Positions 49,069-57,728 of a stretch of DNA of 64,000 bases are shown here, piece by piece. This stretch comes from an uncultured Pseudomonadales bacterium (GTDB lineage: Bacteria > Patescibacteriota > Microgenomatia > UBA1400 > CAYXSR01): positions 45,872 through 109,871 of the forward strand of contig CAYSEI010000004.1 in assembly GCA_964430265.1 (NCBI GenBank), written 5' to 3'. Position 1 is the stretch's first letter, and every line of letters starts with the position of its first letter. A model generated the notes under the pieces. The model searched no databases. It was not told the origin of the DNA and worked only from the letters and a program-made list of their open reading frames with translations. A program made the position numbers and the translations under genes.

Positions 49069-50678
49069 ATAAAAAAACAAAAAATATATTACTAATAATT
49101 ATTTTAATAATTGCAGTATTTTTCCGTTTTTATAACCTCGAGGATAATTTTAATTTTTCTTATGACCAGGGAAGAGATCATTTAAGGGTAAATAACATGA
49201 TTGATAACTTAGAGGTAAAAATTGTTGGAACGGAGACAGATATTCCAGGAATTTTTAGCGGGTCTTTATATTACTACATGTTGATCCCCGGGCAAATAAT
49301 CAGTAATGGCAGTCCCAATGCTTCAATATATTTATTAGCCTTTTTGAACTTATTGAGCATTCCTTTAGTTTATTTAATAACCAAGGAGTTGTTTAAAAGT
49401 AAGATAACGGCTTTAATTGCTTGTTTTATTGCTACTTTTTCATATTTCCTGGTGAACTATTCACGTTACCTTTCAAATGCTTCTCTTTTACCTTTAACAA
49501 CTGCAATTTTCTTTTATGGTTTGCTTTTGTGGATAAAAGAAAAGAAAAACGGTTTTCCGCTTGCTATTTTAGGATGGGGATTGTCAACGCAAGCTGATTT
49601 TTTCTATATCTATCTTTTTGTATTTATACTTTTAATTAAGGTAATGTATAATCCCAGAATAAAAAAGAAAGAACTTTTAAAAGGATTTATTGCGGGTTTA
49701 ATTACTTTTAGCACATTTATTGTAGCAGAAATTAAATTTAAATTTTTGGGAATAAAAGAGCTAACAAAATATATTAGTCAGTCATCAACTCAAGTTAGCG
49801 TAGCTTCTGCAATAGATAAGTTTATAAATAAAATGGGGGTAGTGACAACTCATTCCTTTTTTAAGTTTAATCTTTTTTTGTCCTTATTAATTTTAGGATT
49901 TATGATTTATTTTTCTTTTACAAGAACAAAAGATAAGAAAAATATAAGAAGTCTTGAGTTTGTTATGTTTTGGCTTTTATCTTCAAGCTTACTTTTTGGT
50001 TTTGATACTGGTGCGGTTAACGTAGCAATAATTATTAATGGAGCACTGGCCTTTCCAATCATAATATTGTTAGCTTTTTTTGCTAAAAAAGTTTATGAAA
50101 AGAATAAATTCTTATTTATAACAATGATACTATTAGTTTTTATCAGCAATTTAAGCTTGTATTTTGAAAGCAATTGGGTGCCCAATGAATTGTCTTATCC
50201 GGGAAATCACTTTCTTTTAAAATATGAAAAGCAAGTTTTGGATTATATGTATAAAGAAGCTGATAATCAGGAGTTTTCTTTTTGTGCAGTTACTCAGCCT
50301 GCATTTATAAATTCTACCTGGGCATATTTGTTTGAATGGTATGGTGAAAATAAGTATGGGTATTTGCCGTATTGGTCAGGAACTGAACAAAATCCACAGT
50401 TTAGCGATACAGAAATTCAAAAAGAAGGAGAATTTAAAGAAACCAGGTTTATAATTTATGAACCACACATAAGTAAAGATAGTGAGTTATATGTTTCCAC
50501 AAAATTATTTGCAGATAGAACTACAGAGTTGATTGAAAGTAAACAAATTAATGAATTTATTATTGAAAAAAGAAGAATCTTGAAAGGTGAAGAAAGAGAA
50601 AAAGCGGAAAAAGTATTTAAGAAAAAAATTAAACAAAACCAGAATTTTATTTATGATCACAGATATAACTGCTTATGA
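49065..50678 (+). CDS. GT-C-like membrane protein, D-x-G-R-D family (tandem duplicate B)
   Basis: ATG 49065 (ATGA overlap; track TTG 49059). YDQGRDHLRVNNMIDNLEVKIVGTETDIPGIFSGSLYYYMLIPGQ. Collinear and highly similar to 47452 along its full length. Confidence 0.5.
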   Translation: MNKKTKNILLIIILIIAVFFRFYNLEDNFNFSYDQGRDHLRVNNMIDNLEVKIVGTETDIPGIFSGSLYYYMLIPGQIISNGSPNASIYLLAFLNLLSIPLVYLITKELFKSKITALIACFIATFSYFLVNYSRYLSNASLLPLTTAIFFYGLLLWIKEKKNGFPLAILGWGLSTQADFFYIYLFVFILLIKVMYNPRIKKKELLKGFIAGLITFSTFIVAEIKFKFLGIKELTKYISQSSTQVSVASAIDKFINKMGVVTTHSFFKFNLFLSLLILGFMIYFSFTRTKDKKNIRSLEFVMFWLLSSSLLFGFDTGAVNVAIIINGALAFPIIILLAFFAKKVYEKNKFLFITMILLVFISNLSLYFESNWVPNELSYPGNHFLLKYEKQVLDYMYKEADNQEFSFCAVTQPAFINSTWAYLFEWYGENKYGYLPYWSGTEQNPQFSDTEIQKEGEFKETRFIIYEPHISKDSELYVSTKLFADRTTELIESKQINEFIIEKRRILKGEEREKAEKVFKKKIKQNQNFIYDHRYNCL

Positions 50679-51829
50679 AAAAAATCAAAAAGTATTTGAA
50701 TAAAAAAAGAATATTAGTTTGGCTGCTGCTTTTATTTGGAGTTGCATTAATGGGTACCCTTTTTCCCTTAAAAACCGGTTATCTTGCTGGAGGAAATATG
50801 GATGCATACAAATCCAAGCCTTGGCTTTACTGGCTGGCAAATTTTGACGGCGACCACTATATTTCCATTGCCAAAAGGGGATATGTCCAGTTTCAGCAAG
50901 CCTTTTTCCCTTTATATTCCTATTTAATTTCGCGTATTGCTTCTTTTTTTAAAAATTCTTTTCAGACGTACTTTTTTTCCGGAATAGCTTTATCTTTTGT
51001 TTGCTTCCTTTTATTCTTCCGCTATTTAAAAAGACTTATAAAAAAGGATTTTAAAAAATTTAGTTTTAAAAAAACAAAGTTAATCTATCTTTTATATCCT
51101 ACCGCTTTCTTTTTAATTTCCATTTATACAGAATCATTGTTTTTGTTTTTAGCAGTTGCAGCTTTTTATTTTTACAGCAAGAAAAGAAAAATTCTATATA
51201 TCTTTTTCAGCAGTCTGGCAACAGCTACCAGGTTAATTGGTGTATTTATTCCTTTTTCAATATTTTTAGAATATTTAATTAAAGCTTTTGATGACGAAAC
51301 AAACAAAAAAATATTTTCAGTTGAAACACTAAAAAAAGGTTTAACATCAATTTTAGCTTCCAGCGGTCTTTTATATTACATGAACTATCTTTGGCAGACA
51401 AAAAATGATCCTTTATATTTTTTTCATGTCCAGCCTGAGTTTGGCGCCAACCGCAGCGGGGGAAAGTTAATTCTTCCCTACCAGGTTTTATGGCGTTACA
51501 TTAAAATTATTTTTACTGCCAACCCACGTACTGTAGAATATTTTGTTGCTGTTCAGGAGATTGCTTTAACAGTACTTTTTATTGCAGTATTTTTCTGGGC
51601 AATTAAAAAGGTAAAATCCAGGTACCTGATTTATTCCGGGGCAGTAATTATTTTACCCACTTTAACCGGAACTCTTTCTTCTATGCCAAGATATATTATG
51701 GCGGCTTTTCCTTTGTTTATAGTTCTTAGCAAACTTAAAAAAAGAAAGAAAAAAATTCTTTTGGCGGTATTTGCAATTCTTTTAATTATTAACCTGATAT
51801 TATTCAGCCGCGGATATTTTGTAAGTTAG
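50675..51829 (+). CDS. polytopic membrane protein, PIG-V/GT76-like mannosyltransferase candidate
   Basis: N-terminal loop WLANFDGDHYISIAKRGY resembles the WD..HY..IA..GY motif of GPI mannosyltransferase 2-like (Mannosyl_trans2) proteins. 384 aa, multi-TM. Confidence 0.35.
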   Translation: MKKIKKYLNKKRILVWLLLLFGVALMGTLFPLKTGYLAGGNMDAYKSKPWLYWLANFDGDHYISIAKRGYVQFQQAFFPLYSYLISRIASFFKNSFQTYFFSGIALSFVCFLLFFRYLKRLIKKDFKKFSFKKTKLIYLLYPTAFFLISIYTESLFLFLAVAAFYFYSKKRKILYIFFSSLATATRLIGVFIPFSIFLEYLIKAFDDETNKKIFSVETLKKGLTSILASSGLLYYMNYLWQTKNDPLYFFHVQPEFGANRSGGKLILPYQVLWRYIKIIFTANPRTVEYFVAVQEIALTVLFIAVFFWAIKKVKSRYLIYSGAVIILPTLTGTLSSMPRYIMAAFPLFIVLSKLKKRKKKILLAVFAILLIINLILFSRGYFVS

Positions 51830-52202
51830 AAGAATGCTGTTTAAGCCATTGGCTTATGTTCCCAACATCCATTTGTTTACTTTCAATGCTTAAAACCAAT
51901 TCAATAAATTCGTTTTTTTCTGCTTTAATATTCACGCTATTTATATTTAAAAAATATAAACACGCAGCTAAAGCGGTTCTTTTATTGGCGTCAACAAAAG
52001 CATGGTTCAAGATTAAAGTTTGCAGTAAAACTGCAGCTTTTGAAAAAATACTGGAATATAAATCTTTTCCAGCGAAAGTGGATTTAGGTTTTTCCACTGC
52101 TGAGTAAAGAAGCGATAGGTCACGAATTCCCTTACTTCCCTTACTTTTTTCAAGTATTTTCTGGTGGAGAAAAACAACTTCCTCAACAGTTGGGTATTTC
52201 AT
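51804..52202 (-). CDS. doc: Doc (death-on-curing) Fic-fold toxin
   Basis: HAFVDANKRTALAA matches the Doc-type Fic motif HxFx(D)ANKRTA. 132 aa. The 4-nt overlap with the upstream antitoxin gene is typical of TA operons. Confidence 0.8.
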   Translation of the reverse strand: MKYPTVEEVVFLHQKILEKSKGSKGIRDLSLLYSAVEKPKSTFAGKDLYSSIFSKAAVLLQTLILNHAFVDANKRTALAACLYFLNINSVNIKAEKNEFIELVLSIESKQMDVGNISQWLKQHSSNLQNIRG

Positions 52203-52435
52203 TTTTCAGCAAGCTCATCAAGAAGGCTTTGGTTTTTGCTAATAAAGGTTTCCGCCCATGTTTTTATATTTTCTTTATTGAAAGAGCTATCTTTGGGCTT
52301 AATAATAATAGTCTGGGATTGAATATCAGTATCAACTTTAACTTTTTTACCTATCTTAAGATCAGTTGATTCTAAAAAGTCTTTTGGAATCGTGACGGCA
52401 GCTGAATTGCCGACTTTAATTATTTTTTGAAACAT
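52199..52435 (-). CDS. AbrB/MazE-type (SpoVT-AbrB fold) antitoxin
   Basis: MFQKIIKVGNSAAVTIPKDF matches the swapped-hairpin antitoxin N-terminus (compare MazE/PemI). 78 aa and first gene of the pair. Confidence 0.7.
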   Translation of the reverse strand: MFQKIIKVGNSAAVTIPKDFLESTDLKIGKKVKVDTDIQSQTIIIKPKDSSFNKENIKTWAETFISKNQSLLDELAEK

Positions 52436-52451
52436 GAGTACTTTTCAATTT

Positions 52452-52472
52452 AGTTATAACTAAATTATAACT
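52452..52472. promoter_or_regulatory. candidate TA operator: palindrome AGTTATAACT plus second TTATAACT half-site one helical turn away
   Basis: AGTTATAACTAAATTATAACT read directly, 17 to 37 nt upstream of the antitoxin start codon. TTATAACT at 52454-52461 and 52465-52472. Confidence 0.3.
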
Positions 52473-52520
52473 GAAAATAATAGATTGTCAACAATAAATG
52501 TATTCTGATAGACTAGGGGT

Positions 52521-53234
52521 ATGAAAAAGTTTAAAAAACTTTCCATAATTATCCCCGTATACAATGAAGAAAAAACAATTAAACAGGTAATAAAAGAAGT
52601 AAAAAAATCCAAAACATTAGGTTTAAAAAAAGAAATTGTAATCATTGACGACGGATCAAATAAAGCAACAAAAAGTATTCTTAAAAAATACAAAAACGAA
52701 AAGAATATTATTCTTTTAAATAATAAAAAAAATAAAGGAAAAGGATATTGTATTAAAAGAGGATTTAAACAGAGTACAGGTGATATAGTTTTGATACAGG
52801 ATGCTGATTTAGAATATTCTCCAAAAGAATACCCCGAACTTATATCTCCCATTTTGCAAAACAAAGCAGATGCGGTAATCGGTTCCCGCTTTATGACTCA
52901 AAAAGCACACAGAACCTTGTATTTTCACCACTACCTATTTAACAAAATGCTGACTTTTTTTTCCAATATTTTAACCAATCTCAATCTTTCGGACATGGAA
53001 TGCGGATATAAAGTGTTTAAAGGTGAATTTGCAAGAAAAATTGTACCCAAGCTTAAATCCAATTCCTTTACTATTGAACCGGAGCTAATTGCCAAAGTGG
53101 CAAAAAACAACCTTTCAGTATATGAAGTTGGTGTTTCATATAGGGGAAGGACATATGCAGAAGGCAAAAAAATCACCTGGGTTGATGGAATAAAAGCATT
53201 TTTTGGAATTATATATTTTAACCTACTTGCCTAA
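52521..53234 (+). CDS. DPM1/GtrB-like GT2 polyprenyl-phosphate glycosyltransferase
   Basis: LSIIIPVYNEEKTI...VIIDDGSNKAT...IQDADLEYSP. 237 aa. Confidence 0.75.
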   Translation: MKKFKKLSIIIPVYNEEKTIKQVIKEVKKSKTLGLKKEIVIIDDGSNKATKSILKKYKNEKNIILLNNKKNKGKGYCIKRGFKQSTGDIVLIQDADLEYSPKEYPELISPILQNKADAVIGSRFMTQKAHRTLYFHHYLFNKMLTFFSNILTNLNLSDMECGYKVFKGEFARKIVPKLKSNSFTIEPELIAKVAKNNLSVYEVGVSYRGRTYAEGKKITWVDGIKAFFGIIYFNLLA

Positions 53235-53254
53235 GGTCCTTCCCAATTTCTTTT

Positions 53255-53276
53255 CCCGAGACGGACAACTTTCGGG
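53255..53276. terminator. candidate bidirectional stem-loop between convergent GT2 gene and metK
   Basis: CCCGAG-acggacaact-TTCGGG (5 bp plus a G.U pair). It sits immediately 3' of both stop codons. There is no U-tract on either strand, so weak as an intrinsic terminator. Confidence 0.2.
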
Positions 53277-54383
53277 CTATACTACAATTTGCTCCCAGGG
53301 ATAAGTTTTATTTCCAAAATGTCCGTATCTAGCTGTTTTTTGGTAAACTGGTTTTTTTAAATCCAAGCCTTTAATAATTCCATTAACAGATAAATCCAAA
53401 AGATTCCAAGCAAAATTATTTATTTTATTCATACTCTTTTTCTCAGTTCCAAAAGTATTTATAGATTTTGCAATCGGCTGGACATGGCCGATTACATAAG
53501 CAAGCTGAACTTCACATCTTTCTGCCAATCCGGCAGCAACAATGTTTTTAGCAATGTATCTTGCTGCATATGCACCGCTTCTATCAACTTTAGTTAAGTC
53601 TTTTCCAGAAAAGCATCCGCCGCCAACTCTTGCCATGCCTCCATAAGAATCAACAATTATTTTTCTGCCAGTTTCACCAGTGTCAGAAGCAGGCCCGCCG
53701 ATTTCCCATTTTCCTGTTCCATTAATTATTAAGTCTTTTGTTTTAATAATTTTCTGCTTGTATTTTTCAAGGATTGGAACAACAGCTTTTTTGTACAAAT
53801 CATTTTTAAGCTGTTTTACACTTACATTCTGGTTGTGAGGTGCAGCTAAAACTATTTTAGCCACATTCTCTGGTCTTCCATTGCGGTAATTAACAATTAC
53901 TTCGCTCTTTCCGTCAGGACGCAGATAGTTTAGTTTAGACAGTCTTAATGTATCTATTTTTTCTGTAAGTTTGTGAGCAAGCATTATTGGCAAAGGCATC
54001 AGCTCCGGTGTTTCATTACAAGCATATCCAAACATCATACCCTGGTCACCTGCGCCACCATTGTCTACACCTTGAGAAATATCAGCAGATTGTTTGTTTA
54101 CTTTAACAAGGATAGGGGATTTGTCTGAATATCCCCATTCAGGGTGTGTGTATCCCAGTTCTTTTATCTTTTTTTTGGCAATATGTTTGTAATCAATTTC
54201 TTTTTTGCAGGTCACTTCACCTGCAATAGTGGTATGGTTTTTAGTTGCCAAACATTCTACTGCCACTCTGGATTCAGGATCAGCAGTATAGGCTGCATCT
54301 AAAACAGCGTCAGAAATTTGGTCACAGATCTTGTCCGGGTGACCGGCACAAACAGATTCGGAAACAAATACGGGGTATTTCAT
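53277..54383 (-). CDS. metK: S-adenosylmethionine synthetase
   Basis: SESVCAGHPDKICDQISDAVLDA, the GGGCFSGKDLTKVDRSGAYAARYIAKNIVAAGLA block and 368 aa. All are hallmark MetK motifs. Confidence 0.9.
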   Translation of the reverse strand: MKYPVFVSESVCAGHPDKICDQISDAVLDAAYTADPESRVAVECLATKNHTTIAGEVTCKKEIDYKHIAKKKIKELGYTHPEWGYSDKSPILVKVNKQSADISQGVDNGGAGDQGMMFGYACNETPELMPLPIMLAHKLTEKIDTLRLSKLNYLRPDGKSEVIVNYRNGRPENVAKIVLAAPHNQNVSVKQLKNDLYKKAVVPILEKYKQKIIKTKDLIINGTGKWEIGGPASDTGETGRKIIVDSYGGMARVGGGCFSGKDLTKVDRSGAYAARYIAKNIVAAGLAERCEVQLAYVIGHVQPIAKSINTFGTEKKSMNKINNFAWNLLDLSVNGIIKGLDLKKPVYQKTARYGHFGNKTYPWEQIVV

Positions 54384-54391
54384 TTTCCCTC

Positions 54392-54512
54392 CTAGAAATT
54401 ATATATATAGTTGGGCGTGTCATTCCCTTTTTGGTCTGGTATTAGCACCGTGCAAATGTCGGTTGCTGAATGGCTCAAACGGGCCAGTTCCCTTGCCACT
54501 GCTCTAGACAAC
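54392..54512 (-). ncRNA. SAM-I (S-box) riboswitch in the metK 5' leader
   Basis: Minus-strand read: CTAGAGCAGTGGCAAGGGAACTGGCCCGTTTGAGCCATTCAGCAACCGACATTTGCACGGTGCTAATACCAGACC...TTTCTAGGAGGGAAAATG. This matches the SAM-I core (GGCAGAGGGACUGGCCCGACGAAGCUUCAGCAACC ... GGUGCUAAAUCCAGCA). The 3' strand of P1 (TTCTAG) abuts or overlaps the SD AGGAGGG. Confidence 0.75.
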
Positions 54513-54556
54513 TAACCCCATTATATTTCCCAAAATTAGATTCTGTCAATTGTAAT

Positions 54557-55432
54557 ATGCTAAAATTATTAGCAATGAAAGATTTAGCAATCATAATTGT
54601 CTCTTACAATACCAAAGATTTATTAGACCAGTGTATAAACTCCATATACAAACACACCCGGGATATAGATTTTGAAATTATTATTGTTGACAATAATTCA
54701 TCAGACGGCACAAAAGAGATGATAAACAAGAAATATCCTAATATTTATTTAATTGAAAACAAAGAAAATATTGGCTATGGAAACGCAAACAACCAGGGGA
54801 TGAAAAAAGCTGATGCCAAATATTTATGTCTTTTAAATTCGGATACATATATTCATTCAAATGTTTTTAAAAAGATGTATGATTTTATGCAGGAGAATAA
54901 ACAGGTTGATGTTTTGGGTCCAAAGCTATTGCATCAGAACGCGCATGCTCAAAGGTCAGTGGGAAAAGACTACACACTCCCAATTGTTTTTATAATGCTT
55001 TTTGGCGGAGACAAAATCTTAAGAACCGCACCTAAAAGAACAAAAAAGGTTGATTGGATTATGGGTGCCTGTTTTATGCTTAAAAGCAAAGTATTTGAAA
55101 ATACCAAGGGATTTGATCCGGACTTTTTTATGTATGTTGAAGAAGTGGAATGGTGTAAAAGGATCCGCCAGTCTGGCTTTAATATCTTTCACAACCCCAA
55201 TTTTTCACTTTACCATTTAGAAAGAGGTAGTTCAGGAGGTAAAAAAACAAACGCAATTGTGGGCATTTACAAAGGAATAATGCTTTATTATAAAAAGCAT
55301 TATTCAAAAGTAGGGCAGAGGACTGCCAAATTCCTTCTTAAACTCAAAGCCCAAATTTCAATCATAATCGGCAAATTAATAAAAAGCGATTATTTAATTG
55401 AAACTTACACTAGAGCTTTGGAAGTTTTCTAA
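54557..55432 (+). CDS. GT2 family glycosyltransferase
   Basis: Start trimmed to ATG 54557 (alternative ATG 54575). The track start at 54470 would read through the antisense riboswitch. MKDLAIIIVSYNTKDLL...IIIVDNNSSDGT...LLNSDTY. Confidence 0.65.
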   Translation: MLKLLAMKDLAIIIVSYNTKDLLDQCINSIYKHTRDIDFEIIIVDNNSSDGTKEMINKKYPNIYLIENKENIGYGNANNQGMKKADAKYLCLLNSDTYIHSNVFKKMYDFMQENKQVDVLGPKLLHQNAHAQRSVGKDYTLPIVFIMLFGGDKILRTAPKRTKKVDWIMGACFMLKSKVFENTKGFDPDFFMYVEEVEWCKRIRQSGFNIFHNPNFSLYHLERGSSGGKKTNAIVGIYKGIMLYYKKHYSKVGQRTAKFLLKLKAQISIIIGKLIKSDYLIETYTRALEVF

Positions 55433-56131
55433 TTCTTCTGGAGTTCCTAAAATATTACATTTATCAGCAGTATCAAGAATAAATTTCTTGCCTTTTTTAA
55501 TTAAATCGTTATACATCGGAGCAATATAAAATTCACCTTTTGTTTTTTTGTCTTTTTGAATATGCTTGCTGCCAGTACTAAAAAAATCAGCTGCTTTTTT
55601 AAAATGATACAAGCCTGTTAAGGCTTTGTTTGAAATTGGCTCTTTTTCAGTTAGTCTTTTCACAAAGCCTTTTGCATTAGTTTGGGCAAAACTATAACGC
55701 TTTTTTGTTGATTGAAAAGAGCCGATTACACCGTCAATATTGTTTTTTTTAAGGTTGTCAACTAAGCTTTTTGATTGAAAACAAGTATCAATATTAAAAA
55801 TTAAAAGTGGTTCATCGGGATTAATTTTAGAATGCGCTTTTAAAACAGTTTCTGCTTGGCCCTGGGTGTATTTGGAGATATAAACAAATTCTATTTTATC
55901 TGTAAATTTCTTGTACCATTGATAAACTTTTTTAGAAATATTCAGTTCTTTTTCTTGTTTTTCTAAAGCTACAAAGATAATTTTTGTAGCCAAATCTATT
56001 GGCAGAGAATTTACACTCAATTGTAAAAGAGTTTTATCATGTACTTTAATTAAAGGTTTTGCTGTTTTATAACCAGCTTTTTTAAAACGACTTCCCTTCC
56101 CAGCCATTGGTATTATAATATTAAGCTTCAT
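55394..56131 (-). CDS. sugar-phosphate/phospho-alcohol nucleotidyltransferase (NTP_transferase fold, LicC/MurU/HddC-like)
   Basis: MKLNIIIPMAGKGSRFKKAGYKTAKPLIKV carries the G-x-G-x-R nucleotide-binding loop at the N-terminus. 245 aa. Confidence 0.55.
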   Translation of the reverse strand: MKLNIIIPMAGKGSRFKKAGYKTAKPLIKVHDKTLLQLSVNSLPIDLATKIIFVALEKQEKELNISKKVYQWYKKFTDKIEFVYISKYTQGQAETVLKAHSKINPDEPLLIFNIDTCFQSKSLVDNLKKNNIDGVIGSFQSTKKRYSFAQTNAKGFVKRLTEKEPISNKALTGLYHFKKAADFFSTGSKHIQKDKKTKGEFYIAPMYNDLIKKGKKFILDTADKCNILGTPEELENFQSSSVSFN

Positions 56132-57728
56132 TTAATAGTTTTAATCCGTGAAAATACATAATTTTTTGTTTATGATATGAATCATGATGCAGAGGAGTCA
56201 TGGAGATAAATAATAAGCCGACAATAAACTTGATATCGTTTTTATTATATGACATTTTTTTAATTAAATTTGCGCATAATTTTTTAATCAGTTTGTTTTC
56301 TTTTCTATAATTCAACCGATATTTAATATTTTGCTTTCCAGTTTCAATTTCAAATAGGTTATTAACAATGTAGTCATAACCATAGATTGCAGAATGGGCA
56401 AGTTTGGCAATATCATATTTTTGGTCTCCATAAATACCCGGACATGATCTGCCTAAGCTGCCTCTTTGATCAATTAGTCTAATGATACCGGTTTTTAAAT
56501 CATAAAGAATGTTATTAAAACAAAAATCTCCGTGCATAATGCACAAATGTTTTTTAGCATATAATTTTTCTATACGTGAATCAATTTTATTAGATAAATT
56601 GTCAAGCGGTTGACATTGCAGGTTGTTAATTTGTATTTCTTTTTTATAGAGTTCTTTTTCTTTAACGGGAATCTGTTTTAAGAATTCCTTTATCCTTTTT
56701 TTTGTTTTATGCAAATAAAATTTTTGATAGGTTTTTTTGTCAATTATTGGTTTCTCTTTTTGAAAATGTTTCAGTATTTCTTCTAGATAAGAAAATATTT
56801 TATGCCAATGTGCTGGGTCAATGTCCCAGTAAAGCATATATTCAGCCAGGTTGGGGTAACCGTAGTATTCTATTTTATATCTGTCTTTATTATTGTAAGT
56901 TTTTATCAGCCTGGGAAAATATATGCGGTATTTTTCAGGCAGCTTTTCTAAAAAATTAGCTTCGTTTGCAAGCTTTTTATTGTTTTTTGATTTTTTTGTC
57001 AGTACTCCTGCAGGAAGATTAACACTAATCTGGTTAAATACGCGTGATGCAAGTAATTTGTTTCTTGCTTCAAAATAGTTGATTTCGTGTCCGCAGTCGA
57101 TCCAGTTGACTTTTTTAAATTTCAAGTTAATTTGCTGATTTAATCTTTTAATTAATTCCAAAAGGTCCTGTTGGTTTTCAATTTTAGTTAAGGTCTTTTT
57201 TAATGCCGCAGTTTTTGTATAAAAAAGACCAGTAAATGGATAAGCATGGTTTAAAAAGGATTTGTTTTTAGTCAAAAAAATGGGTTTGTTGTTTTTAAAT
57301 TGGATGCCGGCGCCAACGCGGTAGTTGCGCTGCTTGGATGAAATTTGTACTTCGTTTAATAAGGGAAGACGTGTGGGAATTGTTGTAACTAAATTTACGA
57401 TTATATTTTTTTTAGGTTTTATTTTTTTGATACTTTGCGCTAAGGAGTCATTTACACCGGAAGAGTTTTTTAAAGCGATAAGTGAATAATTGTGTAATGA
57501 CTGATTAAGTTCATTACTTACATTTTGTGCTTGTTTCTGAGAGACAACGACATTTATTGGGAAATTTGTTTTATTTCTGTAAAAGTCCAGCAGGTACCAG
57601 AGCAGGGGTCGGTTATTAACCGGTATTAAAGCTGGCGAAGCAAATTTACTCCTAATATAAGGCAGTTTTTTGCTTATATCACCAGCTGCCAATATTATAA
57701 TTTCAGTTGTAGTTTTATTCTCTGCCAT
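56121..57728 (-). CDS. bifunctional protein: N-terminal nucleotidyltransferase-like domain plus C-terminal APH/choline-kinase-fold kinase
   Basis: N-terminus IIILAAGDISKKLPYIRSKFASPALIPVNNRPLLWYLL is an NTP_transferase-like start. C-terminus HGDFCFNNILYD...IRLIDQRGS matches the Brenner motif HGDxxxxN and the DxxG of APH/ChoK-like kinases. 535 aa. Confidence 0.5.
   Translation of the reverse strand: MAENKTTTEIIILAAGDISKKLPYIRSKFASPALIPVNNRPLLWYLLDFYRNKTNFPINVVVSQKQAQNVSNELNQSLHNYSLIALKNSSGVNDSLAQSIKKIKPKKNIIVNLVTTIPTRLPLLNEVQISSKQRNYRVGAGIQFKNNKPIFLTKNKSFLNHAYPFTGLFYTKTAALKKTLTKIENQQDLLELIKRLNQQINLKFKKVNWIDCGHEINYFEARNKLLASRVFNQISVNLPAGVLTKKSKNNKKLANEANFLEKLPEKYRIYFPRLIKTYNNKDRYKIEYYGYPNLAEYMLYWDIDPAHWHKIFSYLEEILKHFQKEKPIIDKKTYQKFYLHKTKKRIKEFLKQIPVKEKELYKKEIQINNLQCQPLDNLSNKIDSRIEKLYAKKHLCIMHGDFCFNNILYDLKTGIIRLIDQRGSLGRSCPGIYGDQKYDIAKLAHSAIYGYDYIVNNLFEIETGKQNIKYRLNYRKENKLIKKLCANLIKKMSYNKNDIKFIVGLLFISMTPLHHDSYHKQKIMYFHGLKLLNEA

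Noticed and set aside
54470-54556. 5' extension of ORF 54470-55432 (MAQTGQFPCHCSRQLTPLYFPKLDSVNCN...)
   Set aside because: The extension is antisense to the SAM-I riboswitch/metK leader and has no GT2-like sequence. The GT2 domain starts at MKDLAIIIVSYN, so the start was trimmed to ATG 54557/54575.
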